Of a DNA stretch of 248,000 nt, positions 212,154 through 224,908 are shown piece after piece (within the stretch, counting starts at the first letter, position 1; the number at the start of each line of letters is the position of its first letter). The DNA is taken from contig JAMWBK010000004.1 in assembly GCA_029953675.1 (NCBI GenBank), positions 1,012,001 through 1,260,000 of the forward strand. The letters are read 5' to 3'. A model generated the notes under the pieces. The model did not search any database. It was given only the letters and a program-made list of their open reading frames with translations, and was not told the origin of the DNA. The stretch is from Rhodosorus marinus CCMP1338. Its lineage: Eukaryota > Plantae > Rhodophyta. The translations under genes were made by a program, and so were the position numbers.

Positions 212154-215100
212154 GGATATACCTTCCAAACGCGTGAATTTCCCTTTCAAAGAACTCTTCG
212201 ATGAGAGGATGTTTTGTTTCGTGAATTCAGCTACCACTAGCTAAACGTGGAATTGGAAGACATGCTCAGAAGCACCCTCCTGTAGTTGCTGAATGAATGT
212301 CTTCATTCGGAGAAAAAAGCCGAGGGGAAAACAAATGACCACTCATTTGCGTAAGTCAGGCGCCTTCAGCATCAAGGCAGCGTTTATACGCCACAACAGG
212401 AAAAAAAAAAAGTGGTTTTTTGTCGCCAACCGCTTTCAATGAGGACAAGCCTCGTATTCTGCGCTCGTTTGGCCACGATTCCGAGGAGAACGCAATTTCA
212501 CTATATCATTCCATTTCCAGCATGGCGTTCTACTCACAATGCTTTACAGCCGATTCCCATTTTACTATTGCACGAAAGTCACGCCCCCGTTAGAATCTGG
212601 TCAGGTTACCCTTTTTAGCCTCGTGGTATATTTTCGAATGCTACCCCTCGAGATGGAACGGCCCCCCCGCGCTGGCTCGAAACTACCTGCTCAGTGGTAC
212701 TTGGTTACTAGGTTAGCCCACCAGAATGCCCGTTATTCCCTCCACGCCCGATAAAATCGATTCCAGTGGCGTTGCTGAACTACCGCCGTTCTGAGAACAA
212801 TGTACGTTTGCCACCACTTTGTGTTACGCCTAGTTGAGGCGGTAGTACCCAAGGTCCAGTGTAGCGCCCATTCAGCGACGGGCGGTTGGCAGGTTCGGAA
212901 GTTGATTTATGCAGAATTTGTGCTGCATATGAGTAACGAACTTGAATTCGGAACATTGTTCAGATTTGCCGGGGCCTGGCCACAGTCTTGCACAATCTTA
213001 ACCTTGTATTGGTCGACGCTGGGTGAATTAGGTTTCTGGATGGTGAGCGCACCCTCCAAAGTAAAATTCTGCGATTGCACATCTTATGTTTGAACAGGGG
213101 ACAACAGGCCCAGTCATTCCACTGCCCCGGTACTGCTCATCGGTGAAGCGACGGTTCAGTATTGGGGAAGCTTCGAACGACGCTTCCACAGTCTCGTTAC
213201 TCTCGTTCTCAAATTCAAGATCGGACCTAAACAACCAAATCCCTTTGTCTGCTCCGCCTCTTATCAGCAAGCGCGACTTTGGAAATCTGGACCTCGGATG
213301 TCCGCCACAGTATCGAAGCGTGATTTGTCGTCGCGGTGCGAGCTCCAGAGCTCGGGCATCTCCCGGATCGTGAGGGGGAAGCAAGTCCCGAGTAATCTCG
213401 TCCCCCGTCACCGCTTTTTGTATGCAGGTCTTTTGCAACGGCGAGGTTACCTTGACATCAATTATGTAGAGCTTCCTGGTCCGGGGTGTCAAGCTAGGAT
213501 GTCGGGGTGGAGGTGGCCCGCTGGGTAGTGCCCGGTCGGATCGAGGGTCACGTCTAGGCGCCATTGTCTGAGCTGCGTGGCCAATTCATCCAGTACCATA
213601 TTGTGTCGGAGTTCCGAGCTCCCTGTAGAATTAGTGCAGTGGTGAAGGCGTTGGAAACCTGAACGCCATCGGGGTGTGAACATTATAGTACCAGTACTAA
213701 GTATTCGTACATCTGGCAGTGGCAATTCAAGCAGTTCTCTCCGGCTTCGGCTTAGTTCGTCTGCGCTCAGACCTCGCGAGTGTCTCGTCGGTTAGTTCCG
213801 CAGGCAGGGAACGCCTCCGGATCCATTGGATGACCAAAGAGGCGCTTGTACGGTCTCAGTCATCAGCGGGTTGTTCCGCTGTCCACGCCATGCGTGAAAA
213901 TGATAATATTCGGGCACTGTTTTCCATAGAATGTAGTCTTCTCGCCCGCTCTGGGGTCTCCTTAGCCTGGCCTATGTTGCTTTTCTTGCGCATCCCTAGC
214001 ACTACATTCGGTAGTTGGAAGAAGCGGTACAAGTTCCTCGAGCGACGGTCGTGTGGCCTCCCGTTGGAAAGGAGTTTTTGTGTTGAACCGATCATGGATC
214101 TGTCGGATGGTGACCGCGGGTTCCCATCTTGTTGTTTACAAGCAAGCACTTTTAGCGTTCTGGGGATCCATCGTTTGAATCGGAGGCTAAAGTCCCCGAA
214201 CGAGGACTGTAGGAAGGGCGTAAAGAGCGCGCCTCGAAAACTAGGGCAGCATTACAGCGCCAAAGAGTCAGACTCAAAGTAACGTACAGGCGGGCCGGAA
214301 CAGGCGGGCGGGAGCATCAGGGCGGTCGCGGTAACACTCCCGCCATCGAGAATCCGCTATGTGCGAATCCAAAGACCTCTACCATAAGTGGAACGAACCG
214401 ACAAGCAAGCGCAGACTGCAAAGTCTCAGTGTTGGCTAGGGTCTCCGTGTACACTGACTCCTTATGCTTCTGCATAGTATTTGCAGCGGCAGCCCGAGTC
214501 CTAACACCCTTTCACCGCCCCACAGCTCGCCAGCAGGTGCTCCATCACAGCGTGTACGGTGGAGATGGTGAGGATGATTCGGTGGATCTTCTCCTGGCGG
214601 CTCCTCCTAGACCCTACTCGCCCCAGTACAAGAACGGATGTGCTCCAAAGAACCCTCCCATGGGATCGCCTATTCGACGTTGCTGTTGTCTTGCAGAGGA
214701 TCAGCGCACCCCCACAGTGCCCGTTCAAATCGCCAGTGAGAAGTATTGACACCTAGAAGAGAGGTTTCCTGACCATGGACGCTGGCTCACACCCAAAACA
214801 GAACTGAAGGCTCGTCCACGGCTCAAAGTCGGTGAGCGTGGTGTAGGGCATCAATGGTTGAGCGGGCCAGTTTGAATCAAGACGGGAATAGAGCAACAGG
214901 AAACAAAACCGTTGAAATCAGCACCGCTATGCACGTAAGTACCAGGGGCGGGGGGGGGGGGGGTTTACGGGGGTCGGAGGGCGGTCACACTAGAATTTGA
215001 TGAGGTCGAATCGAGTCTATCGCATCCACGATTTCATGGTACCTCCGAGACTTTTATGCGTTTTTTTATGAGCTACCTGTCAAGGGCGAACTGCTGCGCA

Positions 215101-218100
215101 CGTTGCTTTGGAGCCCTCCCGTCAAATATCTCCGTTGTAAAAACAAACTCACCAAACTCACGCTCTGGAGAAACCTCCTCCCTGGTTACTCCCTGACAAG
215201 GCGAGGCAGGATGTAGCACGCTGAGGCAAATGTAGTGCAAAACGGTGGAGATCCATATGAGAACGGAGCTTGCCCAATCGTCGATTCCAATCAGCCCGTA
215301 CTCCATCTGATGATCTACGTGCCTTATCGTTCTATCCTGGATACGTCCTATCCTCCGTTTCCACGCCAGTGGGCTCCCAAAACCCCTTTCGGAGGATTCC
215401 AGAAGCTTTGCTGGTGAGGTTAACAAAGATTATCTAGGCCAAATGGGGGTAGGAAAATCCTTTATTAAACATCGATCCTAGTTCAGATTTCATCTTAAAT
215501 ATAAACAAAAAAATCAGCAACCAATCTTCAATAGGAAAGTAATTCAACCGGAGGGTTGGAGAGAAATTGTGACAAACTCCTATCCTCCTCTTAGGTTTAA
215601 TCCCTCCTATATCTGAACTGCACAATAGCATATGAATTTTTTAAAATAAAATCAAACATATATTGAATAGGAAAATAATTTAAAAGGAATCCTAAAGATC
215701 AACAAAATACACATGACTTATTTTTTGGATATTTTCAACGAATCCATAACTATTCGCGATAGTACAAAGGGGTGGAAGATGGGTCTAGTAGTATATCTTA
215801 AATTCCTTGGAAAGAAGATCCGCATTGGCATATCTCCACCGACAATCAATGATTGGTGATTCGTGTTCATTGGATTTGAGGACAATTGAAGAGTGGCTTA
215901 GAAATCCGATTTTCTCTTTTCGTTTTGATATTATCTCAGTAAGCCCTTTTATGAAAATCTAAAATCCAACAGAAATGGCTTTTTTGAATAGCGAAGTAAT
216001 TTTGAGTAGGGTGAGGAGGGGATAGGAATGATTGAAATAGCTCAACGAATCATCGCCGTTTGAGACAGAGTTTTTCAAGTTATTCAACACTCAAGCATGT
216101 AACTGTAGCGAATTTTCCGAAAGTGAAAACTGAACCTCTGTTAATCAAATTTTATAAGTTATTCAGATACAGAAACGTGCACCTCAATCGACGCAGCGTA
216201 GTAATCTATTTCCTCTCGTCGTCCGCAGAATTACCATTTCCTTAATTTTTTTAGAATGTAATAAACTTTATTTGTATCGAGTGTAGCGAATTCCTGGTTT
216301 CCCGGCCTTTTTGTTAGGTGGGGAAGTCTACTTTCAACTCCAGATTCCCTCCCAATAATAATCTTAAATTGACTGACACTGGAAAAATGCAGGTTTTATT
216401 GTTGGGACACGCGTCATCAGAGTCCTATTTCGCTTTCAAAAATGGTAGTTCGGGTCTGAATAAACCAATGGTTTCAAAAAAAAAACGGAAAGGAAGACCT
216501 CAATCGGGAGTCGTGATTTTCATAACCGAAAACTTCATATTTCTCAACTGTTGGAGATATTTCCAAAGCGAGAACGGGGTGTGAACACGGGATTTTCTTC
216601 TATTGGTCTCAAGGATCATGTTTTGTTCAAATATTCCTGAATATATTTGCTTTCTTCAAGGCAAAAAGAACTCTTACGTACTTGACACACGCGAAATCGG
216701 GGACTCCGTCCTCTTTGGACATAGTAAGGTAGAGATCAATTGCACCAAAAAAAAAGCTCAAAGGCATAGGCTTGGTGTGTCTGCCTTGGACGAAGCTAAA
216801 TCTGCATCTTCTTCACCCTTTCAATTGGAAACGAAACTCTTTTTTGGTTGAGCTAATCAGTTTGGAGTTGCTTCGAGCATGTTCAGAGTATTTCGTTTCG
216901 CTGTGCCAGGGGCGGAGGGAAGGAAGGGGGGGAGGTATGGGTTAGTCATCGGAGTGGTCCTGTACGGCCCTTATAGTTGTGCCTGCTCGTCACATCGTGT
217001 GCATCATTTCGTAAGGCGGTTACGAACTAACTCACAGAATTTCGGTGAAAAACCAGGTACGAGCTACTTAAAACTTTCGGAATAGAACCGTATGTTCCCT
217101 ACTTTTGTCTGGAGCATCCACCCAGGGCCGTAGCCATCAAGTAACCTAACATCCTAAAAGACCTTCAAAACACCTAGTCGCCTGTCTCTTGAACCATCAA
217201 GTTGTATGTGCTGTGAACCGATTATCGTCCCGCTCCTCCACCGCAAGACGACGGCTAGCAGTTTCTCAGTTAACTGATTGAGTGACTAAGTGAATAGCTG
217301 CGTAAGGCATGCTCTGTACTTTTTGTGCGCCTTGCCAACGGCAGCTTTCACTGACCGGCGTCTGAAAAAAAAGAGAAATTGGTACTTACATCATTCCAGA
217401 AAAATCGTTCATCATGAAACCCACGGAGATGCAGCCACGTTCTGCGCCGTGCAATTTTTGTGAATCTTTTCAGCTGTCGTTCAATGCCCGAGCATCATCA
217501 CGTAGCGCACCCAGAGCAGTGGCAGGGCATCCAAGACGTTGAGAGAGACATTGGGGATTTTCTTTCGTAGAATTAGATCTATCAAACTACTTGAGAGACA
217601 TTGGGGATTTTCTTTCGTAGAATTAGATCTATCAAACTACTTTCTTTGTTTGCACTTTCAAGGTTCATAGAACACATTCATGTCGAGGTACAAAAAGGGA
217701 GGGGGGAGGGAAGGGAGGGGAGATACCACGGCCGAATTATAAGACGATAATTAGTCAAGCATGCAAGCTGCAACAGTGAAAGAAGCATCACGTGGACTTC
217801 AAACGTTTCCGAGCGACATTGGGTTTTGAGGAAAACCAAGCGGAATCCAGAAAGGGCTTATGGAAGCGTGCTAGCCCTTAGCTGGCGCTAGCCATAGTAC
217901 TAAACTAACTCCAGCGGATTGCGCTTGTTTTCAACTCAGTAAGATTAGTTCATCTCAAAATCCAAGACAAGGCCTTTCGATACTGATATCTCCATCCTGG
218001 TCGTTTTCGGTTCCAATCGAAGTCCTTCTCGGGAGGTTTCCCTACCCCACCCAGTCCTCATCCAGGGAGGGGGGGAGAGAAGTCATTTAATCCGCTATTG

Positions 218101-219200
218101 AAACCCAAAAATCTTGTAGACTTTTTCACGCCTACGCCCTGATTTGACTTAAAACTGATCGTATAGAGTTGTGAAATAATATTAATAATAGCCAAAATTT
218201 GGGACCAAATCTCTGTCAACTCTTGGCAAGAACAACACCAATTTCAAGCGCCCAATTCCGAAACGAGTCCTCTCATGAAACAATTTCAGGACCCTTCAAT
218301 AAACTTCTAATAAAAATGAATGTTAACTTGGTGTTGGGTGGAATATATCACCTTCAACCCCATGGTACAGTATACACTTCTTGCAAATACGAGCCTCTCC
218401 AATCGGGAAGGTGGGGATTGATTCCTCGTCCAGACCCCTCCCCATCAAGGGCATGTCGTTTACTTTTTGCTCCTCGTTCAGCCGTAGCAGCAACAGCACC
218501 ACCACCTAACTGTTAGACGAAAAAAGCAAACGCAGTTTCAGTTTCGGGTGCACTTCCGGACAAGGGTTCCAATCAATCTTGGAGAGGGAGAGAGAGAAAA
218601 AAATATATATGTCTGAGTTTTTTCAAGAAACTTTTTTGTGTGCTGGGAAGAGGAGACCTCTGGCTCTGCTTTGTGCGTGGTTTTTTTTAAGTCAAAAGAC
218701 CCTATCGGGTTGACCAAGCCTAGACAAGTTGGGTAGGAGTTAGTTCGCGATGACAAATGCGTTTGTTCGTGAAAATCCAGAGAAAATCGTCAGAAGGTCG
218801 CGCTTGACAGATGATGTGGGAAATTCGTCACACAGGCGGCTGTGTGGCCTGTGCTCCGGCGTGGTTATAGGTCAAGCAGCTTGAAAACGCAGCACTATGG
218901 CAGCACAATTCGGTAATTTTTTCCAAAGTGCTTGTGGTCGGGGAAATCTACTTTTATGAACGTCTGCGTTTCTTTTGTATAAGTTGGTCATAACGCACCC
219001 GGTGGTGTGGGAGAAGACCCCGACGGATGGGTAGAGTGGTGGCACATATGGTTTTCATACGATGATGATTAGATGGAAGCAGCAGCCTCAGCCGATTGAA
219101 ACTAGCCTTGCCGGGGCTTAAGCGGCCCTGGTGGTCCTGGGGCGGTAAAGGAATCCCGCAAAGACACGGAAACCAACGAAGTTTATAACCTGAAACCAGA

Positions 219201-221513
219201 ATGGGGATCACTTTGGATATTAACCCCACGACGGTGAACGTGATCACGGACTTGGTGCTGATAATCATGCAATTGGTGTGGCTGAGGGCCATGCAAGTGC
219301 TATCCATTGCCGACATCAAGCGCCAAGTAAGGTTTGGGAGGAGAATATTCTCTTATGAGACGATGGGTAGCTTGGTCTACCTAAACTTTGGTTTGGCAAA
219401 ATATCGGAAGCTCAAGCGGGATGAGATAATGAGCGCCCGGGAACATCGTGGCTTTGTCTTGCGTCTTCTGTTTGCGACGCTAGCAATACTCATGAATCTA
219501 TCGCTTGTCCTCCTGCACGTGCTTATTGACTATGGTTTGGATTTCACGGTGACGATGCCCCTGTCAGAACAGGTCGCTTCATACGATATGAACGGTTTGT
219601 ATCCGGATACATCAATTCTGGAAGCGCTGGAAACGTACGAGAGGATGTCGAACAACCTGCGCGCAGAGATTGAACCACTCTGTAAAAAGGCAGGGCTCGA
219701 GGATGATGAATGGGCATGCGATATTGAGGGGCGCGAGGCGCTCAACTACTACGGAGACAAAATTCGCGAGAGCGTTAGGTTTGCGTCCTCAGTGTTTGAC
219801 ACAGGTTCTATTGAGCAACTCAACGCAGTGCAGAGCTTGGAAATAGACTACAGGCCTAGTTCTGACTCTGGGAGGGAAGCTCATACCTGTAGGGTCAAAG
219901 AGTTTGACAGCGCTGAGACTTTTTCTGGGGAGTTCGAGTTCGAGCGTCCGGACTGTGGCTTTGGTAAAAACCTAATTCGTGAGATCAGGTTCCAGATGGC
220001 GACGAAAATAAGTTTTCAGGAGATCGAGCTGCGCGTCGAGCCAGAGTTCTTGGGTGCAAACGCGAAGCCCAACCAGATGCGTCATCACTTGAACGCCAAG
220101 GATAAGCGACAGGTGCCCTCCACAGTTTCTCTCAAGCGCTTTGGGAACCAGACACTTGCTGGGGGGGACTTCGGTCCTGTTCAGGTGCAGTTAGCTCGGC
220201 TCAGCGTAGATACGAAGTTCGTTTTTGGGCCTGGTCAATCACAAACATTGGTGCTGAGGGACTTGACAAGGTTCAGAGCGGGGGTGTCTGACGAGCATGG
220301 TCTAAACATGAAGATGAACAGCACTACAGTACCCGTTCAAGTCACTACCGGACAGGCTGATAAAGGCTGCTACACGACGTTCAAGGACCAAGTGGTTTTT
220401 CGAATGAAACTGAGAGTGCACGGGCTGGAATGTGGAACCTACGAGTTTGTGCGGACCGCGGAAGAGTGCAACACTAGGCGAGTGCACATTGATGAGGACG
220501 GGAGGAAGAGCTTCCTGGTCGGTTTCCAGGCAACACGAGGCGCTGTAATGCTCTACGATAGTCTGGACGATTCGGAACGGGATGAGTGCTTGGCTCATAT
220601 TCGAGAAATGTACGCAGAGTATCTCGATGAGAGCATCCCAAAGTCGAATAGGGCTATCGGTGTTGCGGTCCAAGCGGGGCTTATTTGCGCGACACCGCTC
220701 GACCCGAATGCGGCAAAGGCAGTTTGTCCGCCCGGTGAAGACCATGAGCAGGGCTGTAGATTTTGCCAGATAGGCGGCAAAGTTGTGAAGCTCCATGAGG
220801 ACCATTGGGAGAGGCTTGAGCATCTCGAGAAAGTGGGCGATGTGGGATCTGATCCAAGAGTTTTCAAACTGGACGTTCGCCTTATTGCGCATTCCGTGCA
220901 AGTGGAAGGCGGGGACCCGGTCGTTATCAGGCAGGCTTTGGAGAACTTGGGTCCACTTGTGAAGGACCACTTTGCGACACTGCTGATACAGTTCTTGTCC
221001 TCCTCGACTTCTCGCAACAACCTCCTTGGTTTGAAAACGCAGTGGCTCATGCACGTGCTGATCTCGATGCTGTCGACGCAGATGAGACCTGAAGCTCGAA
221101 TGGTGAATCTGTACGAGTCGAAACAGGTAGCCGTTCTGGAGGAAGCTTACTTAGGAGGTCTTCTCGCGGTTTTGATCATCACGGCTTTAACCGTCCTAGT
221201 GACTGCGGTTAAGTACATGTACGAATTCGGAGTCTACTACAAGCTGAACTCGAGGATCCGGATACCCATGACCGTTACCGAGTGGATCGTCCTGGGCTTA
221301 AAGCAGATCAGTGCTCTTAAGGGTAATAGTTCAACTTATTATAACTACGATTTTACGGTCCTACCAATGGAAAACCTGGACTTTGGGCCTATGAATGAGG
221401 ATGAGAAGATGCGCTTCGGGGTGGATCGGAGATACAAAGAACTTGGTACAATATGCTTCTCTGATGAGCTGACGCCGGTGAGCCGAGGCGTTGATTATAA
221501 AAGCAGTCTGTAA
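219201..221513 (+). CDS. 770-aa membrane protein of unknown function (N- and C-terminal TM segments)
   Basis: Long intronless ORF with Cys-containing luminal-looking middle. Confidence 0.75.
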   Translation: MGITLDINPTTVNVITDLVLIIMQLVWLRAMQVLSIADIKRQVRFGRRIFSYETMGSLVYLNFGLAKYRKLKRDEIMSAREHRGFVLRLLFATLAILMNLSLVLLHVLIDYGLDFTVTMPLSEQVASYDMNGLYPDTSILEALETYERMSNNLRAEIEPLCKKAGLEDDEWACDIEGREALNYYGDKIRESVRFASSVFDTGSIEQLNAVQSLEIDYRPSSDSGREAHTCRVKEFDSAETFSGEFEFERPDCGFGKNLIREIRFQMATKISFQEIELRVEPEFLGANAKPNQMRHHLNAKDKRQVPSTVSLKRFGNQTLAGGDFGPVQVQLARLSVDTKFVFGPGQSQTLVLRDLTRFRAGVSDEHGLNMKMNSTTVPVQVTTGQADKGCYTTFKDQVVFRMKLRVHGLECGTYEFVRTAEECNTRRVHIDEDGRKSFLVGFQATRGAVMLYDSLDDSERDECLAHIREMYAEYLDESIPKSNRAIGVAVQAGLICATPLDPNAAKAVCPPGEDHEQGCRFCQIGGKVVKLHEDHWERLEHLEKVGDVGSDPRVFKLDVRLIAHSVQVEGGDPVVIRQALENLGPLVKDHFATLLIQFLSSSTSRNNLLGLKTQWLMHVLISMLSTQMRPEARMVNLYESKQVAVLEEAYLGGLLAVLIITALTVLVTAVKYMYEFGVYYKLNSRIRIPMTVTEWIVLGLKQISALKGNSSTYYNYDFTVLPMENLDFGPMNEDEKMRFGVDRRYKELGTICFSDELTPVSRGVDYKSSL

Positions 221514-222368
221514 AGTGTGGCTTGGTTGAGGAAGAAGGTTGTCGATGCGCATCCTTGGACGCAACGGCGGGCTCCTTCGGGTTTAAAGATTCAGGAGCAC
221601 TGCGGTTGATTCGTCCCAGCTCGGAAACGGGTGATCGCGTGATCGACACGAGAGCAGAACTGAAACTTTATCTCGCTGCTTGTGGGGCCACGGTGTTCTT
221701 CTCAGAGATACTGGATGTGATCAATCTTGCTGCGTGCCACCGCGACCTGCAGAAAAGGTGTACTACGTAGTTCGTGTCGGGAACTCGACTTTCATAGTTA
221801 CCGCAACTATATATATAGATCTTTCTTTCATTGAGAATGATCAACGACGACTGGTTAACTATTTTTGATGATATGGTGCTATAGCTTCGCGACTTTATTC
221901 TTCTAGATCGGAAGCTTCTGCACTTCTGCAGCAGCATCCCCGGAGAAGCTCAACAACGCAGGGAAACATCTCTGACCCTAAAAAAAAAGAGTCAGTTGTT
222001 GGCATTCAAGAGCTACACCTCCCTCGCATGAGGCGTGCATTCATAAATTAAATCAACGATTTTGCGGAAGGAGCTCCTCACGCAAAGCATCAGAAGCTGA
222101 TTTAGATGGACTTGCGATGAAGTCCAATTAACCCAGCTTCTCATTTCAATGCTTACAGTTAAGGTCACTCGAGTGAGCGTGAATCAGTTACCGATCAGGT
222201 GCACCAAGTAGCTCCAATCACTTGCCTTAAGACCCAGTACTCGTGCTCCTGTGGTAGGCTTCTCCAGCTGTTTTTCCACCACACACATACGTCATCGTTT
222301 CAATTCGTCCTCGATGATTTGCTTTCCTCATGCCATTCAATAGACCCCCTTCAGCCCAACAGAGACGA

Positions 222369-223462
222369 TCAAAGAGCCAAATGAGACGAAATTGTCTGCC
222401 AGATGTGACGCGCCATTTTTTGTCCGCCAATATCACTTGGCTCTACCCGCTGAACGTAATCTTCCGTGTCTTTTGGATCCAGAGCTTCATACAATGCTAC
222501 GGGAACAATTTTCGTACCAGCTATCGTGATCTCGCTTGTCGCAGTGAGGTACAACTGCCTGAGCACGGCTTGCATCTTTGCAGGTTGGGCATCGTAACCA
222601 AGAACTCTCAAAGGAAGGTCTGCCCAAGAGCCCGTCTGATTTTCATCGGGAAAGTACAGCATACACACTAGAACCAGTCGCGGCTTTCGCAAGGAAACCA
222701 ATTTCTCAATGTACAGCCGCGTCTTCTCGCCGAACAATCTCACCATGTGCTTTCGTCCCCAGGCCTTGTCGAATTCATTCTCCAAGGTCTGGAGTCTGTT
222801 CAAACGTATAAGAGATAGAGCGCTTATGGCAGTGCGCAGGGTGGGTGAGTGAGCTACGTCATTGCCTCCAAGTGAAACAACTACGACATCACCCTCCATC
222901 AAGTTGTCGCGGACGATATTGTCGTGCGCGAGAAGCGACCCGCCCAACCTCTGCGCGAGCGTGGATTCCTCTACCCCGCAGTTTACGACCAATGCTCTGT
223001 CGCGTGCAGCTACGCCGAGGTGATAGGCAACGTCTGGACGTGCCAATGGAGGTCTAAGTATCGATGCGTACTCTGATTCAAGATCGCGAAGAGAGCATCC
223101 CTGCACCCAATACTTGTTATCCAGAGTTGAGTCACCACAAAGCCATACAAGCGGCCGATTTCCTGCCTCCTCGCGGAGAAATTTCGCATACCGTGCTAGG
223201 TCATGAATAGGGTGACCGTGGAACCTAGTTTTTATCAGACAACATTCAGAGCCTCAAGGTCAGAGCACGAGTGCAAGAGAAGAAGAAAAGGTGGGAACTG
223301 AACTGCTCAGCCCCAGGTTCCGCTGCTTTTTGTTCTCGGCCTTTCTTACTCTGCATAGAAACTCGAGCTTGAGATTTCATTCTTCATCCTCGAAGATCTC
223401 CCCGTACGCGATTTGCGGGACTGGTTGACCTCGCCCGAGCCGGTCTTCTCTGATGAACTCAT
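222369..223462 (-). CDS. SGNH/GDSL-like hydrolase family protein, one intron near 223230-223350
   Basis: FYAEFHGH, WLCGDSTLDNKYW, VSLGGND, QRVEPS. Confidence 0.75.
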
Positions 223463-224371
223463 TAATCGCTGCTTGGCGGTTCCAGAAATGTCAGCCTGGA
223501 AGGCAAATGCCATTTTAATTCTCAAGCTACTTCATCCAACTGGAACCCAAAACCGTTTGCATGTACGTCCCGAGCATATTCTGCTTCATGCGCCAAGCAC
223601 GGTTCGTTTCGTTCGGATCTCGACCAGTGAAGGTCCGGGTGAAGAAGACGATTGTATGTCATGAACGTGGTCCAGCTGAATGACCATCAACTGTGTGCTG
223701 TCTTCAAGAGGCAAGGGCTCTGCTAGACGACATGCGAGATTACGAATCTGGCAGCCTGTTTCATGAGAGGAACTGTTTTGAACGACAAAACTATGACGAC
223801 GGGTGGGTTCCTTGGACCCTGGTGTGGGTACTGCTCTAAACGAGGTCCCCAGGGATGACCGTGCAAATGTTGAACGGCACCGTCAGATTGGTGGACAAAT
223901 CTGGAGGTGCTTATGCAAATAATCGGAAAGGAGGGCAGGAATCCAAGTAGCGGACTGAGAGATGCGTGTAACGGGAACTAAACGACAGGTGGTTCCTTGG
224001 ATCCTGGTGTGGGCACTGTTCTCCGCAGGTCCCAAGGGATGAGCGTCAAATATTGGGCAGCATCGTCAGATTTGGTGGACAGATCTGGAGCTGTTTATGC
224101 AACTCTTGGGAAAGGAGGGCAGTAATCCAAGTCTGAGCGATGCGCGATGTAACGGGAACTAAAATTAAGAACCACAAAACTCAAACACTTAATGTCCCTC
224201 TGTATAATGAAAGATTTATTTCTATAAAAAATGTGAGTTATTTTGGTTAACCATTAGTGCTGGTGAAAAACTTATTAGTTCCGTGTCGTCTTGCGACTCT
224301 ATGTGCTCAAAACAGATTAAATATCCTTCTTTTCATCCGAGCTAGTATGGCGTCCGAGAAGATTGCACCAC

Positions 224372-224908
224372 TTAGTAGTAGTACGTGGTCTTGACTTCGC
224401 GATAACTGTCCATATGCGGAGAAGGTTCCATCGCGAGCTCCCGCCCTGAATTGTTCATGACTGGAACCTCCGCATCTGCGACCGATTGGAGGACTTGGGG
224501 TACAACGTGAACGGAATTTCGCATGCTCAAGAGGGTTTGCGCAATGTCTTCCTCAACGCTGTCCAACTGCATCGATAGTTTTGCAGGAGTGGTTTTCGAA
224601 ATTACCGGTACGGCGGATCGAATGGTCGGTGTTCCGCTCTTCTTCATTCGCTCCATTCGAAGGAAGTACTTCTGCGCATGAGATCTGATCTGGACGGCTG
224701 TCTTTGTGGCCACTTTCTGTTCGATAAGTTTCCATTCTCTTCCATGCATGGCAAGCGCCTTCACGAACCTAGAGTGCTCTTCTTCGGTCCAGTATTCCCG
224801 CCTCTTCGTGAGGACGTACTTCTTTCTCTTCCTAGATATCTCCGTAGCTTGTGGTACGCTGCGCAATCCTTCGGACCCGGAGCTAACACTGCTGGCCTCT
224901 TCCTCCAT
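224372..224908 (-). CDS. Single-repeat MYB (SHAQKYF, CCA1/REVEILLE-like) transcription factor
   Basis: REYWTEEEHSRFVKAL..W..I..TKTAVQIRSHAQKYF. Confidence 0.92.
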   Translation of the reverse strand: MEEEASSVSSGSEGLRSVPQATEISRKRKKYVLTKRREYWTEEEHSRFVKALAMHGREWKLIEQKVATKTAVQIRSHAQKYFLRMERMKKSGTPTIRSAVPVISKTTPAKLSMQLDSVEEDIAQTLLSMRNSVHVVPQVLQSVADAEVPVMNNSGRELAMEPSPHMDSYREVKTTYYY

